Made by a program: the position numbers and the translations under genes. From a virus (lineage: Duplodnaviria; Heunggongvirae; Uroviricota; Caudoviricetes): 64,000 bases of DNA. The notes below the pieces were generated by a model. It ran no database searches, was not told the DNA's origin, and saw only the letters and a list, made by a program, of their open reading frames with translations. Location: IMG/VR virus record IMGVR_UViG_3300028805_000047. One strand, given 5' to 3'. Shown here one piece after another: positions 36,663 to 44,971 of this stretch (positions within the stretch are counted from its first letter, which is position 1; every line of letters starts with the position of its first letter).

Positions 36663-39494
36663 ATGGCTTATCCTAATTTTTTATATAGTTCAAAACTTTA
36701 TTCAGAAGTGCCTGTACGCACAGGTGCTTTTTTAGTTGCATATTATAGTTCTTCAGATAAGGCTAATGATGTTAAGTCATTGTTTGTATGTCTCCCTGAT
36801 AGTAATTCATGGACATATTGTGGAAAGAATGACATTTATCAAGAGTTAGAAAATACATCTGTATCATTAGATTATTCCAATGCTGATTTAGGTGTCGCGA
36901 AATTTTATGACTGTATAAGTGATTTGACAAGTCTTACGGTTACAAACGCTGTTTTAGGTGAAGAACCACAAACAACGATGTTTATAAAATTTAAAGCAGG
37001 TGAAGGATTTCAACTCAATCTTGAAGGCTTTACGTATCTTGATGAAGAAGTCGGAACTATACCTGATTTAGCTGAAGGATATACGTATTTATTGACGATT
37101 AGAAATGGATTTGTAACAATTGATTCTTCTCTTAGACTTGATTTGACAAGTGCGACTAATGAAGATATTGACAATATTTTTGAAGAGCCAGAGACATCAG
37201 AAGATATAAAACTTTTAATTAATGTTTCAAATCTTCGTCATTTTTGGAATATAGTGAAAGAATCATCAAAGCAGTCTGACTGGAATCAAAATGAGGAGTC
37301 AGAAACTGGCTTCATTAAACATCGTACGCATTATGAATATAGTAAAAGTTTTTCATCTTCAGATTCTGATTATACAATTGTTTCAAAAAATGTGACAGAC
37401 TTTTATTATTTTGATTATATATTTAATAGCATATCAGAATTAGATAATAGAATTCTTAATATAACATATTATAATGGAAGTTATAATGTTAAAAGTAAGC
37501 TTATATACATTGAAAATGAAGCATCAGAATTTTCTGAAAGTTTCGGAGCGTATACTCTTGGATATAATATAGGTGAAGGATTTGCTGAAGTCGGTATATA
37601 CTTACCTAATCAAGCTATTATTGATGATACGACCTATGAAGCCGGACTTTATATAATTAAAGGCATTACAGGTGATGTAAATCCATATGTAACTGAATTT
37701 ACAATTTCAAAATGTATAGAAAAACTTGATAATAAATTTTTGAATATTGATGACAGATATTATCCGAATTCAGAAAATCCACAATCAGGCAAGGCAGTTG
37801 CTGAAGCAATCGGTAAAGTGACTGAATTGATTCCAAACGGTACATCATCATCAAACCAACTTGTAAATAATTCACGACTTAATGATGTAATAGATCAGAA
37901 TGCAAAAGATTATATTGCACCTGATTCATCTATGGTTGTACCATTTGAATATTGTACCTATGTCGGCGGAACTACCAATCTTGAAAATGGGCCTTGGTAT
38001 AAGGGAGGAATTGAGTGTGGAACAGGTCAGGATCCTGTCTATGTTGTTGAAGGAGACTATGCACTTGTAATGAAAGATGAAAGTGTCTGTTACTTTGAAG
38101 CATTCGGTTACAGGTACCAACGTCATAAAGATGGCGGACAAACTCCATTTGGATATGTTGTTTTACCTGATGTCCAGCATACAACAACAGAGATTGTACA
38201 AATAAGTGGAGGTGTTTATGATGGTGCACTTTATTTTGTAGATAATACACGTACATTTAATGCTGATAATGATTTATTGTTTATTGTAACAAATCTTAGT
38301 GTACTTACGGATTCAGTACACATGTTTTATGCAAGTCAGCCATCAGAAATAAGTGGAGATCCAATTACAAGATATGATTTGAGGTTTCCATCGACTCGTT
38401 ATAGATGTTCTATTGCACAGACAGCTACTAACAATCCTACATGGAGTTTTATGTATTTTGTAAATGATACACCTTTAACAGGTGAATATCTACAGGTATT
38501 AAATTCAAATATAACTGCTGAAAAAGTTGATAAACTTGACAGTATAGATATAAGTCATACAACAACAAGCGGACTTGAGAATTATACAACCGTAACTATT
38601 GTTGTTGGAAATAAGACGGAATCATTTAAAATATATAGTATAGACCAAAATTTTTCAAAATCTAATAGTAAAAATCCTGTATCAACAGCAGCTGTATATA
38701 ATGAACTTTCAAAAAGAGTAAATAAAACTGATTTTGAAAATGTAGTAAAAAATGTTGTACATATTAATAAAGAGACAGGTGATGCATATTTGATTGATGA
38801 TTCAAGCGATTTAAATTATGAAAAAGCTCACAGTATTTATAATGTTTATGCAACAATAAACTCTAACAATCTTGTACTTACACAAGATAATATAGATAAT
38901 AATACATATTTTTATATATTTGATGTTGATAATATTAATGGTAATTTATATCTATCTGTAAGGTCAGCGCAAAGACTTAGATTATGTCTTGTATCTGATA
39001 ATGCAGATGATACTGCTGAAAAAGTAAAAACAAGGATTGAAGGATATGGACATGGAACAGGTCAAAAATATACATATCATGGCACATGGGCAATAAATTT
39101 AGGTAATGATAAAACATATACTGACGATGAACCTTATGCAATTGATAATTCTGGAGCAAAGCATGCAAAAGTTTTAATAATATACGTTGGTAATAATGAC
39201 GTAACTCCTATTATAAGAGCCAGTACAGGTGCAAGAATTGATGCATTCTTATCTAGTGTTGATCCTGACAGTACTAATGCTGTCCAAAGTCAAGCAGTTG
39301 ACAAAGCATTAAAGAATATTATCATAGAAGGATATTATTATAACAATAAATTTTGGTCTGACTCCCAACATACTGAAGAAATTACAGGTGCATCTAATAA
39401 GTTGTATGTAGATATTTCAAGTAATACTATATATAAGTATGTAAATCAATCATTTACAAAAGCTACAGATTCTTTACAATGGGATAATTTCTAA
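36663..39494 (+). CDS. Large tail-fibre/baseplate structural protein (943 aa)
   Basis: Long Ser/Thr/Asn/Gly-rich ORF in the late block; no specific motif. Confidence 0.5.
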   Translation: MAYPNFLYSSKLYSEVPVRTGAFLVAYYSSSDKANDVKSLFVCLPDSNSWTYCGKNDIYQELENTSVSLDYSNADLGVAKFYDCISDLTSLTVTNAVLGEEPQTTMFIKFKAGEGFQLNLEGFTYLDEEVGTIPDLAEGYTYLLTIRNGFVTIDSSLRLDLTSATNEDIDNIFEEPETSEDIKLLINVSNLRHFWNIVKESSKQSDWNQNEESETGFIKHRTHYEYSKSFSSSDSDYTIVSKNVTDFYYFDYIFNSISELDNRILNITYYNGSYNVKSKLIYIENEASEFSESFGAYTLGYNIGEGFAEVGIYLPNQAIIDDTTYEAGLYIIKGITGDVNPYVTEFTISKCIEKLDNKFLNIDDRYYPNSENPQSGKAVAEAIGKVTELIPNGTSSSNQLVNNSRLNDVIDQNAKDYIAPDSSMVVPFEYCTYVGGTTNLENGPWYKGGIECGTGQDPVYVVEGDYALVMKDESVCYFEAFGYRYQRHKDGGQTPFGYVVLPDVQHTTTEIVQISGGVYDGALYFVDNTRTFNADNDLLFIVTNLSVLTDSVHMFYASQPSEISGDPITRYDLRFPSTRYRCSIAQTATNNPTWSFMYFVNDTPLTGEYLQVLNSNITAEKVDKLDSIDISHTTTSGLENYTTVTIVVGNKTESFKIYSIDQNFSKSNSKNPVSTAAVYNELSKRVNKTDFENVVKNVVHINKETGDAYLIDDSSDLNYEKAHSIYNVYATINSNNLVLTQDNIDNNTYFYIFDVDNINGNLYLSVRSAQRLRLCLVSDNADDTAEKVKTRIEGYGHGTGQKYTYHGTWAINLGNDKTYTDDEPYAIDNSGAKHAKVLIIYVGNNDVTPIIRASTGARIDAFLSSVDPDSTNAVQSQAVDKALKNIIIEGYYYNNKFWSDSQHTEEITGASNKLYVDISSNTIYKYVNQSFTKATDSLQWDNF

Positions 39495-39505
39495 TAGTAT
39501 ATGTT

Positions 39506-39796
39506 ATGGATATGTTATTATTTGAAGAATATAATTTGATAAATGAAACAAAGCAATTTGATAAACTTTATCAAAAAGTGTTCTATTCTATTAAAGATGT
39601 AAAAGACATTACACATAAAAAATCTGATAATAAAGATTCAGGAGTAAGATATGTCATTGTAAATAATACAAAATACAGGATTGAAAAGATAAAGTCTTTT
39701 GATAAAGTTGTTTTGGTTGTTTTAAAGGGTAGAGAGATTATAAAGGATGACAGTATTAAAGGAAGAGTATTTAAGGCTTATATAAGTCAAAAATAA
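39506..39796 (+). CDS. Hypothetical protein (96 aa)
   Basis: ORF tiling. Confidence 0.4.
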   Translation: MDMLLFEEYNLINETKQFDKLYQKVFYSIKDVKDITHKKSDNKDSGVRYVIVNNTKYRIEKIKSFDKVVLVVLKGREIIKDDSIKGRVFKAYISQK

Positions 39797-39866
39797 ATAT
39801 TAAAGTATTTACTCTAAAAATTTTAAAAATATAAATATTAAAGTATTTACCTTAAAAATTTAAAAA
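39794..39866 (+). repeat. About 36-bp tandem direct repeat (2 copies) containing a TATAAATA-like box, upstream of a tail-fibre gene
   Basis: 'ataaatattaaagtatttactctaaaaattttaaaaat' and 'ataaatattaaagtatttaccttaaaaatttaaaaat' are adjacent. Confidence 0.8.
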
Positions 39867-39867
39867 T

Positions 39868-40671
39868 ATGGCAAATTTTAAAATCGCGAGAGGTACGCAA
39901 AGTGCGTACATTGCAATTACAACAAAAGACCAGGATACTATTTATGTGTGTACAGATACCGGTAATATGTATCTTGGTTCAAAACCATTGTTTGAATCAA
40001 ATGCATTTATTGGTGCATCTGTAAATGGCAAAGTAATTACGTTTACAACGCATGGTGAAAATGGTACGACGTCTACGTCGACATTGACATTAACAGACCT
40101 TGCTACAACTGATGACGTACAAACTGCAATATCTACTGCGCTTGGTTCAGTGTATGTTTACAAAGGTTCATGCGCGTATTCGGAACTACCAACATCCGGT
40201 AACAAAAAGGGTGACACATGGAATGTAACAGATGAACATGGAGGTTATCCTGCTGGTACAAACTATGCATGGGATGGTGAAAAATGGGACCCACTTGGTG
40301 GTGATGTATCGAATTTCAAAACTAAACAATCAGCTGTAGCTGACCCGACAGCAAGTGGTAATGCAATAGCATTTATAGATTCTATTACGCAAAATGAAAA
40401 CGGCGTAATAACACCTACAAAGAAAACTATACCGAATGCATCAGGAAGTGCTGCTGGTCTTATGAGTTCTGCCCATTATACGAAACTTGAAGGCATAGCA
40501 CAAGGTGCACAAGTTAACGTTCTTGAAGGTGTACAAATAAACGGTACTAATTTGACTGTTACTGATAAAAAAGTAAACATCGTAACAAATACAGCATACG
40601 ATGCAAGTACTAATAAACTTGCAACTATGTCTGATGTAGCAGGTGCAACATTATCTTGGGGCAGTTTCTAA
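39868..40671 (+). CDS. Tail fibre protein with a HylP/Mtd-type N-terminal motif (267 aa)
   Basis: 'RGTQSAYIAITTKDQDTIYVCTDTGNMYLGSK' resembles the conserved N-terminus of phage fibre/hyaluronidase proteins ('GELGFETDTG...G'). Confidence 0.55.
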   Translation: MANFKIARGTQSAYIAITTKDQDTIYVCTDTGNMYLGSKPLFESNAFIGASVNGKVITFTTHGENGTTSTSTLTLTDLATTDDVQTAISTALGSVYVYKGSCAYSELPTSGNKKGDTWNVTDEHGGYPAGTNYAWDGEKWDPLGGDVSNFKTKQSAVADPTASGNAIAFIDSITQNENGVITPTKKTIPNASGSAAGLMSSAHYTKLEGIAQGAQVNVLEGVQINGTNLTVTDKKVNIVTNTAYDASTNKLATMSDVAGATLSWGSF

Positions 40672-40682
40672 ACAAATAATGT

Positions 40683-42863
40683 ATGAATGTTAAATGTCTA
40701 CGAGGCATAGAAGCCAACCTTCCTACATCAGGCATGATAGAGGAAGGTTGTCTTTACTTTTGTACTGATACTGGAAATATCTATTTCGGTATAAGTACTA
40801 CAGCATTAGTGTTATTAGCGAACAATTCGTTCTACGGAACATGTGGAACCGCTGCAGCAAATCAGGTTAAAGTAGTCTCCTTGCAAAATGCGACAGGATT
40901 TGCATTAAGAGTTGGTACAGTTATACGAGTTAGGTTCACAAATACTAATAGTTATAATGCGACATCGACAGCAACTGTACAATTAAATGTTAACAGCACA
41001 GGTGCAAAGAATATTGTTGGTGGTGCCTCTGCCGTTGCCACAGGTACAAATACAACTTACTTTGGCAGAGCTGGCTATGTGAACACGTATGTTTACAATG
41101 GCTCACAATGGGTATGGTGTGGTTCGTCAGCTGATAATAATAGTACATATACTCCACAATCATTAGGTTTTGGTTATGGAACTTGTTCAACCGCCGCCGC
41201 AACCGTCGCAAAGGTTGTAACCCTGAGTTCCTACAATCTTACAACAAATGGATTTGTTGCTGTCAAATTTACTAATGCTGTGCCAGCATCAGCGACAATG
41301 AACATAAATAGTAAGGGTGCAAAGGCAATCTACTATAAAGGTGCAGCAATTACAGCTAATATTATACAAGCAGGTGATATTGGCATATTTGTATACAATG
41401 GTTCCCAATATCATCTAATAACAACCGATAGGTTAGCGAAGAACGCCGTAACAGGTTTGTCAATAAGTGGCAAGACGATAACTGTTACAAAGGGCGATGG
41501 TACAACTTCTACTTTAACAACGCAAGATACAACATATACACCAGAATCTTTAGGTAATGGTTATGCAGTATGTAGTACAAGCAGTGGAACTGCTCTAACA
41601 GCGACTTTAACAAATTATATTTTAAAGAAAAATGGATTTGTTACAGTCTTGTTTAATTATGACGTTCCTGCTAATGCAACACTTAATATAAACGGACAAG
41701 GTGCATGCAGCATTATGTGCAGGAATCGTGGATATGGTAGTGTAATTGCAACAATATCTGATGGTTACATTCGTGCAGGTAGTTTTGCAACATTTGTTTG
41801 CTATGAAGTTGCACAAAATACATATTGCTACTTACTAACATCAGAAGCGAACTTCAATCTTGTCAATGCAGTTGGTTCAGGCTCATTACAAGGCAAAAAC
41901 AATCCATACGGTGCTACAAGTGCTACAGGTGCAAATTCACTTGTGATAGGTGAATATCTCGGAACAAGTACAGGAAATAATGTCTTAGTTGCAGCATCTA
42001 CCAGTAATAATATAGTAACAGGCAATCAGGGCGCTATTCTTGGGTCTAATGGCGGTGCAAGTGTGTCAGGAGATAATTCTGTAGTAATTGCAGGAAGAGG
42101 TTCTAATGATGCGGATAATTCAGCAATCATAGGTTCAACGAGTTGTTCTATTGCAGAAAAAGACTCTAACGGATATGATGTATCTCAATCTGTTGCACTC
42201 GGTGGTTTTAGTGGGACATTAAATGAATCACAGACAACAGCTGTACATAACTTAAAGAATACGTTTGGTGACAAATGGGACTCAAGTGGTATAACAACCA
42301 AAGAGGGTACTACAGTTAACAGCAGCATAAGAGCTGTAGGTGATATTGATACTCAATATACTAACGGACAGAGTACATGGAATTTCAAAACATTAAATGC
42401 AATTGCAAGCTTAGTAAATGGGTGGTTCATTGATTTGAATACAAAACTCTACGATTGGTTTGGCGGTGTTGACAGCAATGTTAAAAAAGTCTCAATAGTT
42501 AAAAAAATAAATACATCTGTTGCAGGAACAACAACTTTGTATACAATCCCAAATGGGTATGTAGCAGTTCCCTTGAAATCACGAGCCACAGGAAGATTGA
42601 CGATTGAATGTTCTTGTCCGCAATTAAACATAAATGCTTATGAACAAGTTGAATGTTCAATTATGTGGACAGATGAAGCTGGTGCGAAAAACACAACTCT
42701 TTCTTTAAGTATTGGCAAGAATGAGACAGCAAATGTTTCTACAGCAATTACGAATTTCGTAGGTGATACTGGAAATATTTCTTGTCAAATTACTACTGCT
42801 TCAACACATAGCGCTTTTATGTATGTATATTTTGATTTGTTGTTATTGCCAAAAAATAGTTAA
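40683..42863 (+). CDS. Tail fibre / receptor-binding protein with three internal ~100-aa repeats (726 aa)
   Basis: N-terminal 'EEGCLYFCTDTGNIYFG' is the same motif as the upstream gene. Three repeated units each start 'YGTC(G/S)TAAA..VKVV(S/T)L' and run to 'GAK.I...'. Confidence 0.55.
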   Translation: MNVKCLRGIEANLPTSGMIEEGCLYFCTDTGNIYFGISTTALVLLANNSFYGTCGTAAANQVKVVSLQNATGFALRVGTVIRVRFTNTNSYNATSTATVQLNVNSTGAKNIVGGASAVATGTNTTYFGRAGYVNTYVYNGSQWVWCGSSADNNSTYTPQSLGFGYGTCSTAAATVAKVVTLSSYNLTTNGFVAVKFTNAVPASATMNINSKGAKAIYYKGAAITANIIQAGDIGIFVYNGSQYHLITTDRLAKNAVTGLSISGKTITVTKGDGTTSTLTTQDTTYTPESLGNGYAVCSTSSGTALTATLTNYILKKNGFVTVLFNYDVPANATLNINGQGACSIMCRNRGYGSVIATISDGYIRAGSFATFVCYEVAQNTYCYLLTSEANFNLVNAVGSGSLQGKNNPYGATSATGANSLVIGEYLGTSTGNNVLVAASTSNNIVTGNQGAILGSNGGASVSGDNSVVIAGRGSNDADNSAIIGSTSCSIAEKDSNGYDVSQSVALGGFSGTLNESQTTAVHNLKNTFGDKWDSSGITTKEGTTVNSSIRAVGDIDTQYTNGQSTWNFKTLNAIASLVNGWFIDLNTKLYDWFGGVDSNVKKVSIVKKINTSVAGTTTLYTIPNGYVAVPLKSRATGRLTIECSCPQLNINAYEQVECSIMWTDEAGAKNTTLSLSIGKNETANVSTAITNFVGDTGNISCQITTASTHSAFMYVYFDLLLLPKNS

Positions 42864-43142
42864 TTCTTATATTTGTAAAAATAATGACGTCATTAGAAAT
42901 TAAATATAATGCGTACAATTTAACAACTACTATTACCTAAAAACTAATGATATTTAAAGATAATATATATCTTTGTAAAAGATATATAGTAAAATAATTT
43001 ATAATCTTTGTTATTTTTGTAAATAAATAATAATAGATATGCAAAATATTTAGATATATAATTAGACAAAACATAAACATATAGTAATGAAGTCGAATAA
43101 GGTTTTAGAAATTTTAAAGATTCATAGACAAACCCTTCATAG

Positions 43143-43565
43143 GTATCTACAAAGAAACAGCAAAAAGATTTAGAAAATCAAATAAATTTAATTAGTGAGT
43201 TTGCAAATAAAAATGGTTATAAAATATCGAAAATTTACAAAGACATTGCATCTGGCATTTCTTTTGACAGAAAAGAATTTAAAGAGATGTTAGATGAAAT
43301 AATTGCACATAAGATTAAATTAGTCATAATTAAAGATAAAGATAGATTGACAAGAGTTTCATTTGATTTATGGAAATCTTTATTCAAGCAATTTGATTGT
43401 GATTTAATAGTTGTCAATATTTATAATAATGGCGATTCTATCGAAAAAGAAATTTTTGAAGATATAATTTCAATGATTCATTGTTTTGCGATGAGAATGT
43501 ATTCATCAAGACGAAAGAAAAAATTGCAATTGACATCAGAAGATTTAAAAAACGAAATAGAGTAA
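43143..43565 (+). pseudogene. tnpA: tnpA remnant (IS607-type serine recombinase catalytic domain with N-terminal deletion and frameshift)
   Basis: 'KQQKDLENQINLISEFANKNGYKISKIYKDIASGISFDRKEF...KLVIIKDKDRLTRVSF...' matches the resolvase fold. The region that should carry the active-site Ser is absent and there is no start codon until 43287. Confidence 0.6.
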
Positions 43566-43568
43566 AAG

Positions 43569-44822
43569 ATGCAATATGTATATAGATTCATATTAAACAC
43601 AGATGTTTCTACTAAAGATACTTTAGTAGAGATGTGTTCTGTGTCAAAATGTCTATATAATCAAGCATTATATGAAATAAAGCAAACACTTAAAAAAGAA
43701 AACAAATTCTTATTTTATCAAGATTTAGAAAAAATAATGAAGACCAAAACTAATCTTGAAGGTAATATCAACTATCGTCTGCTAAAAGCCCAAGTATCAC
43801 AGCAGAATCTAAAAACACTTGATAAATCTATAAAGAGTTATTTAAATTCCCTTAAAGAATATAAAATACATCCTGAAAAATTCACTGGTAAACCTGAACT
43901 GCCAAATTGGAATAAAGGGAAGTATAGACAGCTTATTTTCACAAACCAGTCTGCTGTAATAAAAAATGGTAATATCTTTGTAAGTAAAACTATAAAATTT
44001 TCCATACCACAATACGACAGGTATAAAGATTTGATTTCAAATTTCAATCAAATAAGGATATTGCCAAAAAGAAGGGGAACGGCATTAGAATGCGAGATAG
44101 TCTATGAAATACCAGAAATGCATTTTGATTTAGACTATGAACGTTATGCATCAATAGATTTCGGTGTAGACAATTTAGTAACATTTGTCAACGATTATTC
44201 GAATCCGGTGATTTATTCAGGGAAACAAATTAAATCAATAAACCAATATTTTAATAAAAGACTTGCAAAGTTAAACAGTTCACTCAAGAAATGTCAAGAT
44301 ACATACACAAGTAAACAAAAAACAAATCTATATGAAAAGAGAGAAAGACGCATTAACGACATTTTCCATAAAGTAAGCAAACATATTGTAGATGAATTAG
44401 TAAAGCGTAATGTAGGAAATTTAGTTGTAGGTTATAATAGCGGATGGAAAGACTCCATCAACCTTGGAAACAAGAACAACCAGACTTTTGTTCAAATACC
44501 TTATGCAAAACTTGTTAAATATCTAAAATATAAATGCGAATCTTGCGGAATTTATTTTATAAAACATGAAGAAAGTTATACATCAAAATGTGACAGCATT
44601 GCATTAGAAAAGATTGGTAAACATGAAAAATATTCAGGGAAACGTATAAAACGAGGCCTTTTCCAATCAGCATCAAATAAGTTGATAAATGCTGACGTGA
44701 ATGGTGCAATGAACATCATGAGAAAAGTAGTTGATGATTCTTACGCAAGTATGATAATCAATAGTGGTAGGCTGTTCCTACCATTAAAGTTTAATAATCT
44801 TTACGATTTGAAAACTTTATAA
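43569..44822 (+). CDS. tnpB: TnpB-family protein (OrfB_IS605/Cas12-ancestor fold), likely nuclease-inactive
   Basis: RuvC-I 'SIDFGVDNL' and RuvC-III 'NADVNGAMNI' are present. The RuvC-II position reads 'NLVVGYNSGW' with no Glu, and the zinc finger keeps only 1 of 4 Cys ('YTSKCDSIA...GLFQSASNK'). Confidence 0.75.
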   Translation: MQYVYRFILNTDVSTKDTLVEMCSVSKCLYNQALYEIKQTLKKENKFLFYQDLEKIMKTKTNLEGNINYRLLKAQVSQQNLKTLDKSIKSYLNSLKEYKIHPEKFTGKPELPNWNKGKYRQLIFTNQSAVIKNGNIFVSKTIKFSIPQYDRYKDLISNFNQIRILPKRRGTALECEIVYEIPEMHFDLDYERYASIDFGVDNLVTFVNDYSNPVIYSGKQIKSINQYFNKRLAKLNSSLKKCQDTYTSKQKTNLYEKRERRINDIFHKVSKHIVDELVKRNVGNLVVGYNSGWKDSINLGNKNNQTFVQIPYAKLVKYLKYKCESCGIYFIKHEESYTSKCDSIALEKIGKHEKYSGKRIKRGLFQSASNKLINADVNGAMNIMRKVVDDSYASMIINSGRLFLPLKFNNLYDLKTL

Positions 44823-44940
44823 ACAAAATTTTATACTTTATTATAAAATTTATAAATTTTGGAACATGAAGACAACAGATAGTATTCAAGAGCGTAAGAA
44901 AGGCGGTTGGTGGAATTCAATACTTATCAAATAACATTCA

Positions 44941-44962
44941 CATATAAATAATATAAATAAAG
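44941..44962 (+). promoter_or_regulatory. Two T4-type late boxes (TATAAATA) upstream of the 1193-aa gene
   Basis: 'catataaataatataaataaag' immediately upstream of the ATG at 44972. Confidence 0.45.
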
Positions 44963-44971
44963 TTTATAAAA

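Larger units (their letters stand above)
43080..44940 (+). mobile_element. IS607-family-like insertion: decayed serine-recombinase tnpA plus an intact but apparently catalytically degenerate tnpB; ends are approximate
   Basis: A MerR-type HTH ORF (43087..43173, MKSNKVLEILKIHRQTLHRYLQRNSKKI) is followed, after a frame change, by a resolvase-domain remnant lacking the catalytic YARVSS segment. Then comes a TnpB ORF. The 3' flank 44860..44935 is GC-richer and structured (omega-RNA-like). Confidence 0.65.

Noticed and set aside
42884-42895. Perfect palindrome AATGACGTCATT (contains the CRE-like TGACGTCA / AatII site).
   Set aside because: A single 12-bp palindrome in AT-rich DNA is weak evidence for a binding site. 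Mentioned only as a possible IS-insertion landmark.
44860-44935. The GC-richer 75-nt block after tnpB was checked as a possible tRNA.
   Set aside because: No acceptor-stem pairing between the ends and no T-loop consensus. Better explained as the structured 3' scaffold of a TnpB omega-RNA.
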